The notes beneath the pieces are model-generated. The model was not told the DNA's origin. It saw only the letters and a program-made list of their open reading frames with translations, and made no database searches. Positions 63,490 through 64,000 of a stretch of 64,000 nucleotides of DNA are shown piece after piece. The stretch spans positions 24,118,001 to 24,182,000 of the forward strand of contig NC_088855.1 in NCBI RefSeq assembly GCF_963853765.1, given 5' to 3'. This DNA comes from Magallana gigas (lineage: Eukaryota). Numbering within the stretch: position 1 is the stretch's first letter; the number at the start of each line of letters is the position of its first letter. A program made the translations under genes and the position numbers.

Positions 63490-63667
63490 CTAGCCAAGAT
63501 GAAACCAGAATTAGTTGCTAAAAATATCTGATATGTGCATATCTTTGTACATGTCTATATACCTAACTTCAAACATTTATCGATAACTGACAAATAATAT
63601 TTCTATCATCATAGACCTTGTTGGATTTGAGGATTTTAGTTGAGTGTGAATCCAACATGTATACATG

Positions 63668-63848
63668 TACAGTTGAACGTCGATATATCGAACACCGATA
63701 TCTTGAATACAATGGATATGTCGAAGTGATTTTTAAGTCCCAACCACCTATTTTTTTTAAGTATTTTACCCTCGATATCTCGAATTCTCAGATATCTGGA
63801 AGTTTTTCAACAGCCCCATTTAGTTAGAGATAACTAACTTTGACTGTA
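63668..63848. mobile_element. TA-flanked MITE (Tc1/mariner-like ends), copy 2
   Basis: Homologous to 45066-45236 (shared CAATGGATATGTCGAAGTGATTTTTAAGTCCC and TTTTACCCT.GATATCTCGAA), with TA-CAG...CTG-TA ends. Confidence 0.8.
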
Positions 63849-64000
63849 TGTGTATCAGTTTAATATTTGAAGACTACATTTCAATACTAGAAAATAAAGG
63901 ACATTCATTAAAGGAAGCCATAATTTGGCAGTGGAAAAATAAATGGGTCAGGTTCAAGTATCAGATATCATGTTTGAGTGTTCCTCTTTATAACACATGT

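Overview
Eukaryotic, AT-rich, intron-dense genomic DNA from a bivalve mollusc, most likely a Crassostrea/Magallana oyster. This is inferred from abundant TACATGTA motifs and a Helentron-type element carrying a ~165-bp satellite. I assembled ten spliced genes by hand from GT(GC)-AG boundaries and checked reading-frame continuity; homologies are from memory, not database searches. In order: two tandem paralogues encoding an unrecognised secreted, Cys-free, ~10% Met helical-repeat protein (-); RNF215 (-); PRR11 (-) head-to-head with SKA2 (+); a divergent pair of F-box/LRR paralogues; TMEM199 (-) head-to-head with SFSWAP (+); and the 3' part of ATM (-). Introns and spacers hold several MITEs, a Kolobok-type element, a HINE with satellite core, minisatellites and one 134-N gap. 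The most notable observations are: (i) the Met-rich gene pair, which differs by three strictly alternating introns; (ii) a foldback-like transposon family with a shared 16-bp terminus but different 21-bp internal arrays; (iii) the PRR11-SKA2 arrangement also seen in human, with an SKA2 carrying an SKA1-like C-terminal domain; (iv) a 74-bp tandem repeat that multiplies a splice acceptor inside the ATM kinase domain. No rRNA, tRNA or CRISPR array was recognised.
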